Below are positions 17,473 through 29,547 of a stretch of DNA of 46,434 nucleotides, piece after piece. A program made the position numbers and the translations under genes. The DNA is from Janthinobacterium sp. (lineage in GTDB: Bacteria; Pseudomonadota; Gammaproteobacteria; Burkholderiales; Burkholderiaceae_D), in contig DMYQ01000119.1 of the NCBI GenBank assembly GCA_003482555.1, forward strand, positions 32,589 to 79,022, given 5' to 3'. Numbering within the stretch: position 1 is the stretch's first letter; every line of letters starts with the position of its first letter. Below the pieces are notes generated by a model. That model made no database searches. It saw nothing but the letters and a program-made list of their open reading frames with translations, and was not told the origin of the DNA.

Positions 17473-18169
17473 GCTGATCCATCTAAAAAAAATACGTGAA
17501 CAATCTCCGGCCAATAACGGCCGCCCAGTGCGGCGGCGTCATGCGCTGCGCTCGCTGGCCGTCCTGCTGTTGGCAACCGGCCTGGCCACGGGCGCGACGA
17601 GCGCCTATTCTGCACCAAAAACGCTGCTGGTGCTGGGCGACAGCCTGTCGGCCGAATACGGCTTGAGCCGGGGCAGCGGTTGGGTGGCCCTGATGGAGCG
17701 CCGCCTGCAAGCGGAAAAAATCGACGCCACCGTCGTCAACGCCAGCATCAGCGGCGAAACCACCAGCGGCGGGCGCACCCGCCTGCCCGCCCTCTTGATA
17801 AAATACCACCCATCCATCGTGCTCATCGAACTGGGCGCCAACGACGCCTTGCGCGGCTTGCCGGTGCCGGCGGCGACGGCGAATCTGCGCGCCATGAGCC
17901 TGCAGGCGCGTCAGGCGGGCGCCCGCGTGATGCTGATCGGCATGCGGGTGCCACCCAACTATGGCCGCGACTATACCGAGAAGTTTTTCGGCATGTATGG
18001 CGCGCTGGCCAAGGAATTGAAGGCGCCCCTGGTGCCCTTCATGCTCGACGGCGTCGCCGACCGGCCCCAGTTGTTTCAGGCCGACCGCCTGCACCCGCTG
18101 GCGGAAGCCCATCCAACCATTCTGGCCAATATCTGGCCCACACTGCTTCCCATGCTCAAAAAACAATGA
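17471..18169 (+). CDS. tesA: Arylesterase / acyl-CoA thioesterase I (SGNH/GDSL)
   Basis: GDSLSAEYG, NASISGETT, ELGANDALRG, DRLHP; signal-peptide-like N-terminus; start uncertain. Confidence 0.9.
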   Translation: MLIHLKKIREQSPANNGRPVRRRHALRSLAVLLLATGLATGATSAYSAPKTLLVLGDSLSAEYGLSRGSGWVALMERRLQAEKIDATVVNASISGETTSGGRTRLPALLIKYHPSIVLIELGANDALRGLPVPAATANLRAMSLQARQAGARVMLIGMRVPPNYGRDYTEKFFGMYGALAKELKAPLVPFMLDGVADRPQLFQADRLHPLAEAHPTILANIWPTLLPMLKKQ

Positions 18170-19224
18170 AATACCCTGCCCTGCTCAGTTTTGAAGACGT
18201 ACTGCCGCGGCTAGCCGAATTCGACGCCATCATCGACGCCCGCAGCCCATCCGAATACGCGCTCGACCACCTGCCCGGCGCCATCAATTGCCCGGTGCTG
18301 GACGACGCCCAGCGCATCACCGTCGGCACCATGTACAAACAGGTCAACGCCTTCGAAGCGAAGAAAGTCGGCGCCGCCATGGTGGCCAAGAACATCGGCC
18401 AGCACATCGAGACCCTGTGGCTGGACAAGCCGCGCGGCTGGCAACCCTTGATTTACTGCTGGCGCGGCGGCAACCGCAGCGGCGCCATGGCCCACATCCT
18501 GGCCAAGATCGGCTGGCCCGTGGTGCAACTCGACGGCGGCTACAAGGCTTACCGCAACCACGTCAACCTGGCCCTGGCGGAAACGCCGGCGCCCTCCTTC
18601 AAGGTGATTTGCGGCACCACCGGCAGCGGCAAGAGCCGTTTGCTGGAAGTGCTGCACGCGCAAGGCGCGCAAGTGCTCGATCTGGAGCAATTGGCGGCCC
18701 ACCGCGGCTCCGTCCTGGGCAATCTGCCTAGCCAGGCGCAACCGTCGCAAAAGGCCTTCGAAAGCGCGATCTGGCAGCGCCTGCGCGAATTCGACCCGGC
18801 CCGTCCCGTGTTCATCGAATCGGAAAGCAAAAAGGTGGGCAATGTGCGCGTGCCGGACGCCCTGATGGAAAAGATGCGCGCCTCGCCCTGCGTCGCACTG
18901 ACCCTGTCGCGCCCAAACCGGGTGCGTTTGCTGATGGAGGATTACGACCACTTCACGCAACATCCGGGAACCCTGAACGTCCAGCTCGATTGCCTGCTGA
19001 GCCTGTACGGCCGGGAGAAAATCAGCCGCTGGCACGAGATGGCCAACGCTGGCCAGATGCCTGAGCTGGTCGACGAATTGCTGCTCCAGCATTACGATCC
19101 GGCCTATCTGCGTTCGATCGACCGCAACTTCCTGCACTACGGGGACGCTGAAGTGCTGACCCTGGACGACATCTCGGAAGCGGCCTTCCTGGCCGCCGCC
19201 CGCCATTTGCAAGCGGGCACCTAG
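18166..19224 (+). CDS. mnmH: tRNA 2-selenouridine(34) synthase MnmH/SelU
   Basis: Rhodanese DARSPSEY..DHLPGA, YCWRGGNRS, P-loop GTTGSGKS, DLE.LA.HRGS, PSQK.FE; ATG 18166 overlaps the tesA stop (ATGA). Confidence 0.93.
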   Translation: MKYPALLSFEDVLPRLAEFDAIIDARSPSEYALDHLPGAINCPVLDDAQRITVGTMYKQVNAFEAKKVGAAMVAKNIGQHIETLWLDKPRGWQPLIYCWRGGNRSGAMAHILAKIGWPVVQLDGGYKAYRNHVNLALAETPAPSFKVICGTTGSGKSRLLEVLHAQGAQVLDLEQLAAHRGSVLGNLPSQAQPSQKAFESAIWQRLREFDPARPVFIESESKKVGNVRVPDALMEKMRASPCVALTLSRPNRVRLLMEDYDHFTQHPGTLNVQLDCLLSLYGREKISRWHEMANAGQMPELVDELLLQHYDPAYLRSIDRNFLHYGDAEVLTLDDISEAAFLAAARHLQAGT

Positions 19225-19262
19225 ACGCAGCGGGACGGCCCCGCCGCGGCGGGCCTTTGCAA

Positions 19263-19300
19263 GACGTGAAAAAGCCGCTCGAAAGCGGCTTTTTCACGTC
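19263..19300. terminator. Bidirectional intrinsic terminator between mnmH and ppiD
   Basis: GACGTGAAAAAGCCGCT-CGAA-AGCGGCTTTTTCACGTC perfect 17-bp inverted repeat between convergent genes. Confidence 0.9.
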
Positions 19301-19312
19301 CATCAACTTCTT

Positions 19313-21238
19313 TTATTTACTGTCGCTATCGCCGTCACCCTTCGCTTGCGCGATCGGCTTGAGGATCTTGACCTTGGCTTTTTGCTTGAGCGCTTCGACA
19401 TAATCGTAGACCTCTTGCTGGGCCAACATATTGGCGATCTTTTCTTGCTCCGACGCGCGCCGCGCCACATCCGGTGCCGCTTGCTGCACCTTGCCGATGC
19501 GATAGATGCCATAACCGGTGCCGGGCACGTCGACGCCCACATAGGCCGGCAACTTGCTGACGTCGGCCTTCAACACTTGCCCGATGGCGGCGCGGTTGAT
19601 GCCTTCGATTTTGCTGCGCGACACAACTTTGACTTCCCCGAAGCCAGCCGCGTCATCCGATGCCTTCAGGGCCGCCAGTTTCGTTTCGCCAGCTTTCTTG
19701 ACCAGCTTGAGCGCTTCTTCCTGGGTCACGCGCTGACGGATCACATCGGCGACTTCGGCCAGCGGGCGCTTGCCGGCCGGTTTGAATTCAACGACGCGTC
19801 CGGCGATCAGGGTATTCGGCGCCACTTCCACGGCTTGCGTGTTGCGCTTATTTTTCAGCACGTCGTTGGAAAACACTTCGGCCAGGAACTTGGCGCTGTT
19901 ATACGGCGCCTTGCCCAGCGCCGGGGACGGCGTGCGCGACAGATTGGCGGCCGTTTCCACTTTCAGCTTGAACTTGTCGACCACCGGTTTCAGGCTGTCG
20001 GCTTGCTCGTAGACGATGTTGGTGAATTGCTCCGCCAATTCCGAATATTTCTTGGCGATTTTTTGCTTCGTCAGCTCGGCCACGATGTCACCCTTGACGG
20101 CATCCAGCGGTTTGACGGCGGCCGGCGTGAGCGCGGTCACGGTCAAGATGTGGAAACCAAAGTCGGAGCTGACCAGATCGCTGATTTCGCCTTGCTTGAG
20201 CTTGAACACGGCATCTTCCACCGGTTTCGGCAGCGAACCTTTTTCAACCACATCCAGATCACCGCCCAGTTCGGCCGAGGCGGGGTCTTGCGATTGCGCC
20301 TTGGCGATCTTGGCAAAGTCGGCCGGCGCCTTGCGCACGCTGGCCAGGATGGCTTCAGCCTTGGCCTTGGCGGCGGCCTTGTCGGCGGCGCTGGCGTCTT
20401 TCTTGACGGCGATCAGGATGTGGCTGGCGCGGCGCGTTTCCGGGCTGGTGAAGCGGGCCTGGCTCTGGGTATAAAAGGCGCTCACTTCGGCGTCGCTGAC
20501 GCTGATCTGGTCGGCCACGGCGGCGCCGTCGAAGACCACGTATTCCACTTTGACTTGCTCGGGAATTTCAAAGAACTTGCTGTTCTTATCATAGAAAGCC
20601 TTGACCATGTCATCAGTCACTTTGACCTGGGCCAAGTATGGCGTCATCGGCACCAGCAATTCCTGCACTTCGCGTTCTTGCTCGTTGATGTCGGACAGGC
20701 GGCCCGCCACCGACTTGGGTGCAAACGCGCTGTCCTGGATGGCGCCGATCAATTGCTGCGCAGCTTTATCCTTGCGCAAGCTTTCCTGATACATTTGCGG
20801 CGTCATGCCTTGCGCGGCCAGCAGGGACTTGTAACGTTCGACGTCGAATTTACCGTCCGCCAGAGTCAAGCCGGGGATTTCCATGATGGTCTTTTGCAAG
20901 CTCTCGTCGCTGACGCTCAAGTGATTGCGGCTCACTTCGGCGTTCACGGCGCGCTCGGCGATCAGGCGATCGAGGATGTCTTGCTTGGCTTCCGGCGTAT
21001 CGAACATTTTCTGGTCGAATTGCGCGCCCAGCATCTGACGGTAGCGATCGATTTGCTGACGCTGCGCGCCTTCCCATTGTTGCTGCGTGATCGGCTGGCC
21101 ACCGACCTTGGCGATAGTCGAGGCGTCGTCGCCGAAACCCTTGTAGCCGCTGATACCGACCAGCGCGAACGACGGAATGATGAGCAACATCAGGAAAAAC
21201 TGCATCAAGCGTTGATGGGTACGAATAAATTCAAACAT
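19313..21238 (-). CDS. ppiD: Periplasmic folding chaperone PpiD (SurA-N plus parvulin PPIase)
   Basis: N-terminal TM anchor MFEFIRTHQR..., ASHILI, FAKIAKAQSQD.SA..GGDL, SDFGFHI; position downstream of hupB and tRNA-Asp. Confidence 0.92.
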   Translation of the reverse strand: MFEFIRTHQRLMQFFLMLLIIPSFALVGISGYKGFGDDASTIAKVGGQPITQQQWEGAQRQQIDRYRQMLGAQFDQKMFDTPEAKQDILDRLIAERAVNAEVSRNHLSVSDESLQKTIMEIPGLTLADGKFDVERYKSLLAAQGMTPQMYQESLRKDKAAQQLIGAIQDSAFAPKSVAGRLSDINEQEREVQELLVPMTPYLAQVKVTDDMVKAFYDKNSKFFEIPEQVKVEYVVFDGAAVADQISVSDAEVSAFYTQSQARFTSPETRRASHILIAVKKDASAADKAAAKAKAEAILASVRKAPADFAKIAKAQSQDPASAELGGDLDVVEKGSLPKPVEDAVFKLKQGEISDLVSSDFGFHILTVTALTPAAVKPLDAVKGDIVAELTKQKIAKKYSELAEQFTNIVYEQADSLKPVVDKFKLKVETAANLSRTPSPALGKAPYNSAKFLAEVFSNDVLKNKRNTQAVEVAPNTLIAGRVVEFKPAGKRPLAEVADVIRQRVTQEEALKLVKKAGETKLAALKASDDAAGFGEVKVVSRSKIEGINRAAIGQVLKADVSKLPAYVGVDVPGTGYGIYRIGKVQQAAPDVARRASEQEKIANMLAQQEVYDYVEALKQKAKVKILKPIAQAKGDGDSDSK

Positions 21239-21285
21239 GGTCAGCCGATTCGGATTTGAGTGGATTACGATGGACTTGCATATAT

Positions 21286-21317
21286 AAAAAAAGACGAACT
21301 TGCGTTCGCCTTTCTTT
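21286..21317 (-). terminator. Terminator-like hairpin just downstream of the tRNA-Asp relic
   Basis: AAAGACGAAC-TTGC-GTTCGCCTTT stem followed by a U-tract on the minus strand. Confidence 0.6.
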
Positions 21318-21322
21318 GTTGC

Positions 21323-21359
21323 GGCGGAGTGGATCGGGACTTTTTCGCAGTCCACTTCC
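21323..21359 (-). pseudogene. tRNA-Asp-derived relic (att-like copy of the 3' end / acceptor-stem minihelix)
   Basis: Plus strand GGCGGAGTGGAtCGGGACT matches 21824-21841 of tRNA-Asp with a 1-nt insertion; minus strand GGAAGTGG...TCCACTCCGCC. Confidence 0.6.
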
Positions 21360-21777
21360 CCTTTATATTCAATGACTTGGCGGCCAATCCGAACGCTGAA
21401 TCTGCCGTCAAAATCAATACCACTGGATTTTACAGTGAGCCTAGCGCTATAGCAAGGGCAAATCATGGGGGAAATGCGGCCCGGCGCGCCATTTTCAAGC
21501 CGGGAAAGCGGGCTGAAACGAAGCCGGACCGCGCGCCGGCGCCCGCCCATGCGCCATCGGCGGCGCGGCCTGGGTGGCGGCCTGATGCGGGCATTGGGTT
21601 CGGCGCGAAAAACGCAAACCTCGACCCGGATATGGATCGCCATCGTACAGCGACGGGCATTATATTCTTCCCTGGGTAGGCGGCTTCGATCGCCATATAC
21701 CACGGCGTATATAAAGTGAGGCTGGGTATCCAGCCCCATGTGTTCGCGCCGCCATTGAATAAAAACGGTACCGACAA

Positions 21778-21812
21778 AAGAAAAACCCCCGCGACTCAAA
21801 AAGCCGCAGGGG
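21778..21812 (-). terminator. Intrinsic terminator after the tRNA-Asp pair
   Basis: Imperfect GC stem (CCCC..GCG...CGC.GGGG) with an A-tract on plus, i.e. a U-tract on minus. Confidence 0.65.
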
Positions 21813-21822
21813 TATCTTGCTC

Positions 21823-21899
21823 TGGCGGAGTGGACGGGACTCGAACCCGCGACCCCCGACGTGACAGGCCGGTATTCTAACCAACTGAACTACCACTCC
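21823..21899 (-). tRNA. tRNA-Asp(GTC)
   Basis: GGAGTGGTAGTTCAGTTGGTTAGAATACCGGCCTGTCACGTCGGGGGTCGCGGGTTCGAGTCCCGTCCACTCCGCCA, 77 nt cloverleaf. Confidence 0.97.
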
Positions 21900-21919
21900 T
21901 GGTATCACTGCAGTATTTT

Positions 21920-21996
<77 letters not shown>

Positions 21997-22099
21997 CAAA
22001 AAATACAAGGCACTACATTATCCGACTTGCGCCGCCCCGATAAACCGGAACGCCATCACTGCCAGATATTTCCGGTGATTGTCACCTCACCGAAGTCCG

Positions 22100-22372
22100 T
22101 TAGTTTACTGCATCTTTCAAAGCTTTACCAGCTTTAAATTTTGGAACCTTGGCCGCTTCGATCGTGATCGGTTCCTTGGTGCGCGGGTTGCGACCGGTAC
22201 GCTCGGCCCGTTCGCTCACCGAGAAGGTACCGAAGCCGACCAGGGTCACGCTATCGTTCTTTTGCAAGGTTTCCGTCACACCAGCGATCACGGCGTCGAG
22301 CGCGCGCGCCGCGGCCGCTTTCGAAATGTCAGCTTTTTCAGCGATATGGTCGATCAATTCAGTCTTATTCAC
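22100..22372 (-). CDS. hupB: DNA-binding protein HU
   Basis: MNKTELID...LVGFGTF...RTGRNPRT...[14 protein letters not shown]; GTG start; follows lon. Confidence 0.97.
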   Translation of the reverse strand: MNKTELIDHIAEKADISKAAAARALDAVIAGVTETLQKNDSVTLVGFGTFSVSERAERTGRNPRTKEPITIEAAKVPKFKAGKALKDAVN

Positions 22373-22520
22373 TAGCGTCCCCGTTACAAAGGTGTATATC
22401 GTTTTACCGCGTTGTGCTATTTACGCGGCAATCTTGCGGAAGAAAATTCTGCAGGCCGTATTAAACAAGCCGTGCTGTCTTGTGTCAAGCGCTTTGGCTG
22501 AGGAACACGCCCTGAAAAGC

Positions 22521-22547
22521 AAACAAGCGCCGTGAAAGCGCTTGTTT
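22521..22547 (-). terminator. lon terminator
   Basis: AAACAAGCGC-CGTGAAA-GCGCTTGTTT inverted repeat. Confidence 0.7.
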
Positions 22548-22568
22548 GGGTGGGAAAGCTTAAAAAGC

Positions 22569-24980
<2,412 letters not shown>

Positions 24981-25130
24981 GGCGTACCTTATAGAAAGCG
25001 TATAGACGATGTTGGCGCTTGCTGCCAAAACACAAGCCCGGCGTGGAGAAATAATTCTGCGAAAGAAGGATATTTTGTCGATTTCACAAAAAACACCGGT
25101 AAAACTCCAATCGATAGGCAAATTTTCAAG

Positions 25131-25168
25131 AAAAAAGCCACGCGCGACGATTGTCGCGAGTGGCTTTT
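25131..25168 (-). terminator. clpX terminator
   Basis: AAAAGCCAC.CGCGAC...GTCGCG.GTGGCTTTT stem with A/T tails. Confidence 0.8.
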
Positions 25169-25258
25169 CGAGTGAAGCCTGCCATCTATTATTGATTTAA
25201 ATTGTACCGCCTTGCATTAGGGATGCAAATCCCTTTTATGCAATAGTGTGGCGGGAAT

Positions 25259-26527
25259 TTAGTTTTCTCCGGAAGCTTTTGCGGGCTCTTGGTAAATCAA
25301 CAAAGGTTTGGCGCCGCTGGTGATCGTATTTTCATCGATCACGACCTTGACGACGTTTTGCTCGTTCGGCAACTCGTACATCACGTCCAGCAGAGCGTGC
25401 TCAAGAATGGAGCGCAAGCCGCGCGCGCCCGTCTTGCGCGCCAGTGCTTTCTTGGCGATCGCGTGCAGGGCGGCGGGACGGATTTCCAGTTCCGCGCCTT
25501 CCATTTCCAGCAATTTCGAATATTGCTTGATGAGGGCGTTTTTCGGTTCGATCAAGATCTGGATCAGCGCCTCTTCCGTCAACTCGCTCAGGGTGGCGAC
25601 GACGGGCAGACGGCCGACCAGTTCGGGAATCAGTCCGAACTTGATCAAATCTTCCGGCTCCGCTTCCAGCAACACTTCGCTGCTGGCCCGTTGCGACTGG
25701 CTCTTCACCGTGGCCGAGAAACCGATGCCGCTCTTTTCGGAACGGTTCGAAATGATCTTGACGAGGCCGTCGAAGGCGCCGCCGCAGATGAACATGATGT
25801 TGGTCGTGTCGATCTGCACGAAATCCTGGTTCGGATGCTTGCGCCCGCCCTGCGGCGGCACCGAAGCCATCGTGCCTTCGATCAGTTTCAGCAAGGCTTG
25901 CTGCACGCCTTCGCCGGAAACGTCGCGGGTGATCGAGGGATTGTCGGACTTGCGCGAAATCTTGTCGATCTCATCGATGTAGACGATGCCGCGCTGGGCC
26001 TTGTCGACGTCGTAGTTGCAGCTTTGCAGCAGCTTCTGGATGATGTTTTCCACGTCCTCGCCCACATAACCGGCTTCGGTCAGGGTGGTGGCGTCGGCGA
26101 TCACGAAAGGCACGTTGAGCATGCGGGCCAGGGTCTGGGCCAGCAGGGTCTTGCCGGAGCCGGTGGGGCCGACCAGCAAGATGTTGCTCTTGGCTAGTTC
26201 GATGTCATCCTTCTTGCCCAGATGCTTCAAACGCTTGTAGTGGTTGTACACGGCCACCGACAGGATGCGCTTGGCCGTTTGCTGGCCGATCACGTATTGA
26301 TCGAGCAAGGCGGCAATTTCTTGCGGCGTCGGCAGGTCGGACTTCGTGCCCGTGACCGATTCGATGCTCGACGTTTCATCGCGGATGATGTCGTTGCACA
26401 AGTCTATGCATTCATCGCAGATGAACACGGAAGGGCCGGCGATGAGTTTTTTCACCTCATGCTGGCTCTTGCCACAGAATGAGCAATACAGTAATTTTTC
26501 GCCGCTAGAGGATTTTTTGTCTGACAT
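25259..26527 (-). CDS. clpX: ATP-dependent Clp protease ATPase subunit
   Basis: CSFCGK zinc finger, [30 protein letters not shown] loop; start ATG 26527. Confidence 0.98.
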   Translation of the reverse strand: MSDKKSSSGEKLLYCSFCGKSQHEVKKLIAGPSVFICDECIDLCNDIIRDETSSIESVTGTKSDLPTPQEIAALLDQYVIGQQTAKRILSVAVYNHYKRLKHLGKKDDIELAKSNILLVGPTGSGKTLLAQTLARMLNVPFVIADATTLTEAGYVGEDVENIIQKLLQSCNYDVDKAQRGIVYIDEIDKISRKSDNPSITRDVSGEGVQQALLKLIEGTMASVPPQGGRKHPNQDFVQIDTTNIMFICGGAFDGLVKIISNRSEKSGIGFSATVKSQSQRASSEVLLEAEPEDLIKFGLIPELVGRLPVVATLSELTEEALIQILIEPKNALIKQYSKLLEMEGAELEIRPAALHAIAKKALARKTGARGLRSILEHALLDVMYELPNEQNVVKVVIDENTITSGAKPLLIYQEPAKASGEN

Positions 26528-26636
26528 AAGGCATTTTGGTTGGAACTGCATTAACAATATTGCAAAAATCGCTTGCAGGGAGCCACGTGTGCGCACGAAA
26601 CCGTACACAAGCTCCATGCTACCCGAAATGAAAACG

Positions 26637-26668
26637 AAACGCCCGAACGTTTAAGCGCCCGGGCGTTT
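26637..26668 (-). terminator. Hairpin between clpP and clpX
   Basis: AAACGCCCG...CGGGCGTTT inverted repeat. Confidence 0.6.
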
Positions 26669-26692
26669 TTTAGCAATACCGGTTGGGACGCA

Positions 26693-27319
26693 TCAAGCGC
26701 GGCTGGTCAACACTTTGTCGATCAAGCCATACTCGGCGGACTCGTCGGCGGACATGAAACGATCGCGATCCGTGTCCTTGGCGATTTGCTCGACCGTCTG
26801 GCCGGTGCGATCGGCCAGGATACCGTTCAGGCGGCTGCGCAGGTACAGAATCTCGCGCGCCTGAATTTCGATATCGGAAGCCTGCCCTTGCGAGCCGCCC
26901 GACGGTTGATGAATCATGATGCGCGAATTCGGCAGGGAAAAACGCTTGCCCTTTGCGCCCGCCGCCAGCAAGAAGGCGCCCATCGAAGCCGCCATGCCGG
27001 TGCACAGGGTGGAGACGTCCGGCTTGATGAACTGCATCGTGTCGAAAATCGCCATGCCGGCCGAGACCGAGCCGCCAGGCGAGTTGATGTAGAGCGAAAT
27101 ATCCTTGTCCGGATTTTCACTCTCCAAAAACAACAACTGAGCCACGATCAAGTTCGCCATCTGGTCGTGCACGGGGCCGACCATGAAAATCACGCGTTCC
27201 TTGAGCAGGCGCGAGTAGATGTCGTAAGAGCGCTCGCCGCGGCCGCTCTGTTCCACCACCATCGGCACCAGGCCGAGCATTTCTGTGTCCAGCGCCGGAT
27301 TACGGTTCATACCTGTCAT
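26693..27319 (-). CDS. clpP: ATP-dependent Clp protease proteolytic subunit
   Basis: [33 protein letters not shown]; RBS AAGGA. Confidence 0.98.
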   Translation of the reverse strand: MTGMNRNPALDTEMLGLVPMVVEQSGRGERSYDIYSRLLKERVIFMVGPVHDQMANLIVAQLLFLESENPDKDISLYINSPGGSVSAGMAIFDTMQFIKPDVSTLCTGMAASMGAFLLAAGAKGKRFSLPNSRIMIHQPSGGSQGQASDIEIQAREILYLRSRLNGILADRTGQTVEQIAKDTDRDRFMSADESAEYGLIDKVLTSRA

Positions 27320-27386
27320 GTTTTATCCTTGTGCAGCAGTGCGCGCCCCGCCAAGGCGGCGCGCGCACTGCTCTTGAGCGTTTGAT

Positions 27387-28730
27387 TTACGCTTGTGCGT
27401 TGCTTCCCATCAACTCGTCGAAGGCAACCGCTTTCGACGTGACTTTCGACAGGCCCAGCACATAGTTGACGACGTTTTCTTCCAATACAAGGGCTTCGAC
27501 TTCACCCAGGCGTTGACGGTCGCTGTAGTAGTACTTCAGCACTTCGCGCGGGTCTTCATAGCTTTGGGCGAAATCTTCGACCTGGGCCTTGACTTGTTCC
27601 GGCGTCGCTTGCAAATTGTTGGCGCCCACCAGTTGCGACAGGATCAGGCCCAGGCGTACGCGACGCTCGGCTTTTTCCGCGAACAGTTCCGGTGGGAATG
27701 GCACATCCTTGACGTTCATGCCGCGTTGCGCCATGTCTTGACGGGTCATTTCAGCGAGGCGCTCGGAATCCTGCGCGACCAGCGTCTTCGGCACGTCCAG
27801 TTCGGCGATCTTGACCAGCGCATCCATCACGCTTTCCTTGTTGCGGGCCTTGACGCGGCCAGCGACTTCGCGTTGCAGATTGACCTTGATGTCTTCACGC
27901 ATTTTCACCAGGTCGCCATCGGCGACGCCCAGCGATTTGGCGAATTCGTCGTTCACTTCCGGCAAGTGCGCCCATTCCAGTTTCACCAGGGTGATCGTGA
28001 AGGAGGCGGTTTTGCCGGCCACGTCTTTACCGTGGTAGTCTTCCGGGAAAGCCAAGGGGAAGGTTTTCGCTTCGCCGACTTTCAAACCGATGGTGGCCGC
28101 TTCGAACTCGGGCAACATGCGGCCTTCGCCGAGCACGAAGGAGTAGCCGTCGGCTTTGCCGCCCGGGAACGCGACGCCGTCGATGGAACCGGTGAAATCC
28201 ACGGTGACCTTGTCGCCGCTTTGCGCGCTTTGCTCCGCGCCGCCGTCGCCATGCTCGCCCGCTTCACCCTTGGTGTGGTAATGCACGCGCTGCTTGCGCA
28301 AGATGTCGATGGTCTTGTCGATTTCCGCTTCCGACACGTCGGCCTTGACGGTTTCGATTTCGACGCCGCTCAGGTCGCCGATCACGACTTCAGGATAGAC
28401 TTCGAAGGTCGCGTCGAAAGCCAGCACGCCTTCGGCCGCTTCTTCTTTCGGTTCGATCTTCGGGTAGCCGGCCACGCGCAGCTTGTTTTCGTTGGCGGCG
28501 TCGTTGAAGGCGCGGCCGACTTTGTCATTGAGCACTTCGGTTTCGATTTGATAACCGAATTGTGCCGCGACCATTTTTAAAGGAACTTTGCCCGGACGGA
28601 AGCCCGGTGCCTTAGCCGTACGGGCTTGCACTTTCAGGCGCTTCTCGACTTCCGTGCGGACGTCCGTCAGCGGGAAGGAGATCGTGATACGACGTTCGAG
28701 TTTGCCCAAGGATTCGACTGCAGTTGCCAT
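27387..28730 (-). CDS. tig: Trigger factor
   Basis: PGFRPGKVP ribosome-binding motif, FKBP domain ([13 protein letters not shown]); start ATG 28730. Confidence 0.97.
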   Translation of the reverse strand: MATAVESLGKLERRITISFPLTDVRTEVEKRLKVQARTAKAPGFRPGKVPLKMVAAQFGYQIETEVLNDKVGRAFNDAANENKLRVAGYPKIEPKEEAAEGVLAFDATFEVYPEVVIGDLSGVEIETVKADVSEAEIDKTIDILRKQRVHYHTKGEAGEHGDGGAEQSAQSGDKVTVDFTGSIDGVAFPGGKADGYSFVLGEGRMLPEFEAATIGLKVGEAKTFPLAFPEDYHGKDVAGKTASFTITLVKLEWAHLPEVNDEFAKSLGVADGDLVKMREDIKVNLQREVAGRVKARNKESVMDALVKIAELDVPKTLVAQDSERLAEMTRQDMAQRGMNVKDVPFPPELFAEKAERRVRLGLILSQLVGANNLQATPEQVKAQVEDFAQSYEDPREVLKYYYSDRQRLGEVEALVLEENVVNYVLGLSKVTSKAVAFDELMGSNAQA

Positions 28731-28760
28731 GTAAAAATCGTCCAAAAAATAAGATACTGT

Positions 28761-28834
28761 TGGTGCGAGGAAGGTGGGCTGCCGGCTCTCCGCCACTGTT
28801 GGCGTCAAGTCGGGCCCGATTCCACCCCGCTCGC
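28761..28834 (-). pseudogene. tRNA-Leu-like relic / structured RNA ending in ACCA, 30 nt upstream of tig
   Basis: GCGAGCGGGGTGGAATCGG...TGACGCCAACAGTGGCG...CCACCTTCCTCGCACCA; acceptor-like pairing, D-loop-like GGTGGAATCGG, no TTCGA loop. Confidence 0.55.
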
Positions 28835-28988
28835 ATATTCATCTGCCGGCGCTTGCCGCACACAGCCGCCGTGACCATCCCTGCGGGACGCCAGACAACT
28901 CCGTGCGCCATGACGCGACAGGGCTCCGACCGCTCAGCCTTGCCATTAAGAAAATAGCAGGGCTGACCATAATTCGGTAAAGCGTGGC

Positions 28989-29018
28989 ATTATAACAAAG
29001 GCCCGGAAGAAGTGGCTA
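28989..29018 (-). promoter_or_regulatory. Sigma70-type promoter reading toward tig
   Basis: TATAAT (28994-28989) with TAGCCA 18 bp upstream. Confidence 0.5.
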
Positions 29019-29308
29019 ACATTGCGTACCGATCCCTCGGGATCGTCATAGTGCAATGCGACATTTCCAGCGCATCCAGTCCATACCTTGTTTCATGCCG
29101 GGAAACAGAGCCATGGGCCCGTCACCAAAACACAGTATATGCGATTCGGGGCCCGCTCCAAACAAGAAAAATACTGATTTAATGCTGCGCGGGCTCACCC
29201 TTGATTTGATGCATATCAAGGAGCACGGCAAAGTACCATGCGCCGCTATCCACCTCCGGGTCGCCGGCGCCGTGGACGCCTTCGCCGAAGGGGCGATCCT
29301 GCCAATTC

Positions 29309-29391
29309 TGGTGCGGATGGGGAGACTCGAACTCCCAAGCCGAAGCACTGGCTTCTAAGACCAGCGTGTCTACCAATTCCACCACATCCGC
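29309..29391 (-). tRNA. tRNA-Leu(TAG)
   Basis: GCGGATGTGGTGGAATTGGTAGACACGCTGGTCTTAGAAGCCAGTGCTTCGGCTTGGGAGTTCGAGTCTCCCCATCCGCACCA, 83 nt with long variable arm. Confidence 0.96.
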
Positions 29392-29489
29392 CTTGCTTTA
29401 CCGCACTTGCCGATAATACTGCTGTCACCGCCCGATTCTAGCAAGTCGAGCCGCTTCTGGCTACGCCGTTCGCCTTGGCGATGAACAAC

Positions 29490-29530
29490 AACGCGGCATT
29501 CTACTGGATTTCCCTGGAGAATGCCGCGTT
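29490..29530. terminator. Hairpin downstream of the RND permease
   Basis: AACGCGGCATTCT-N15-AGAATGCCGCGTT 13-bp inverted repeat. Confidence 0.7.
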
Positions 29531-29547
29531 TTTCCATACTTTTGCGA

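Noticed and set aside
17680-18165. Apparent N-terminal extension of MnmH (514-aa ORF), suggesting a TesA-MnmH fusion
   Set aside because: The extension is an alternative frame of tesA; MnmH starts at the ATGA overlap at 18166
21239-21799. 187-aa N-terminal extension of PpiD
   Set aside because: Low-complexity translation running through a terminator and the tRNA relic; the canonical start is MFEFIR at 21238
21997-22099. Possible additional tRNA (e.g. tRNA-Val) between hupB and tRNA-Asp
   Set aside because: No TTCGA loop, cloverleaf or CCA end detectable
25005-25130. Possible sigma32 promoter for lon (CTTGAAAA at 25130-25123; CTTGTG...CAACAT nearer the gene)
   Set aside because: No properly spaced CCCCAT-like -10; too weak to call
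29046-29441. Short ORFs overlapping tRNA-Leu and the spacer toward tig
   Set aside because: They overlap a bona fide tRNA and lack RBS and motifs
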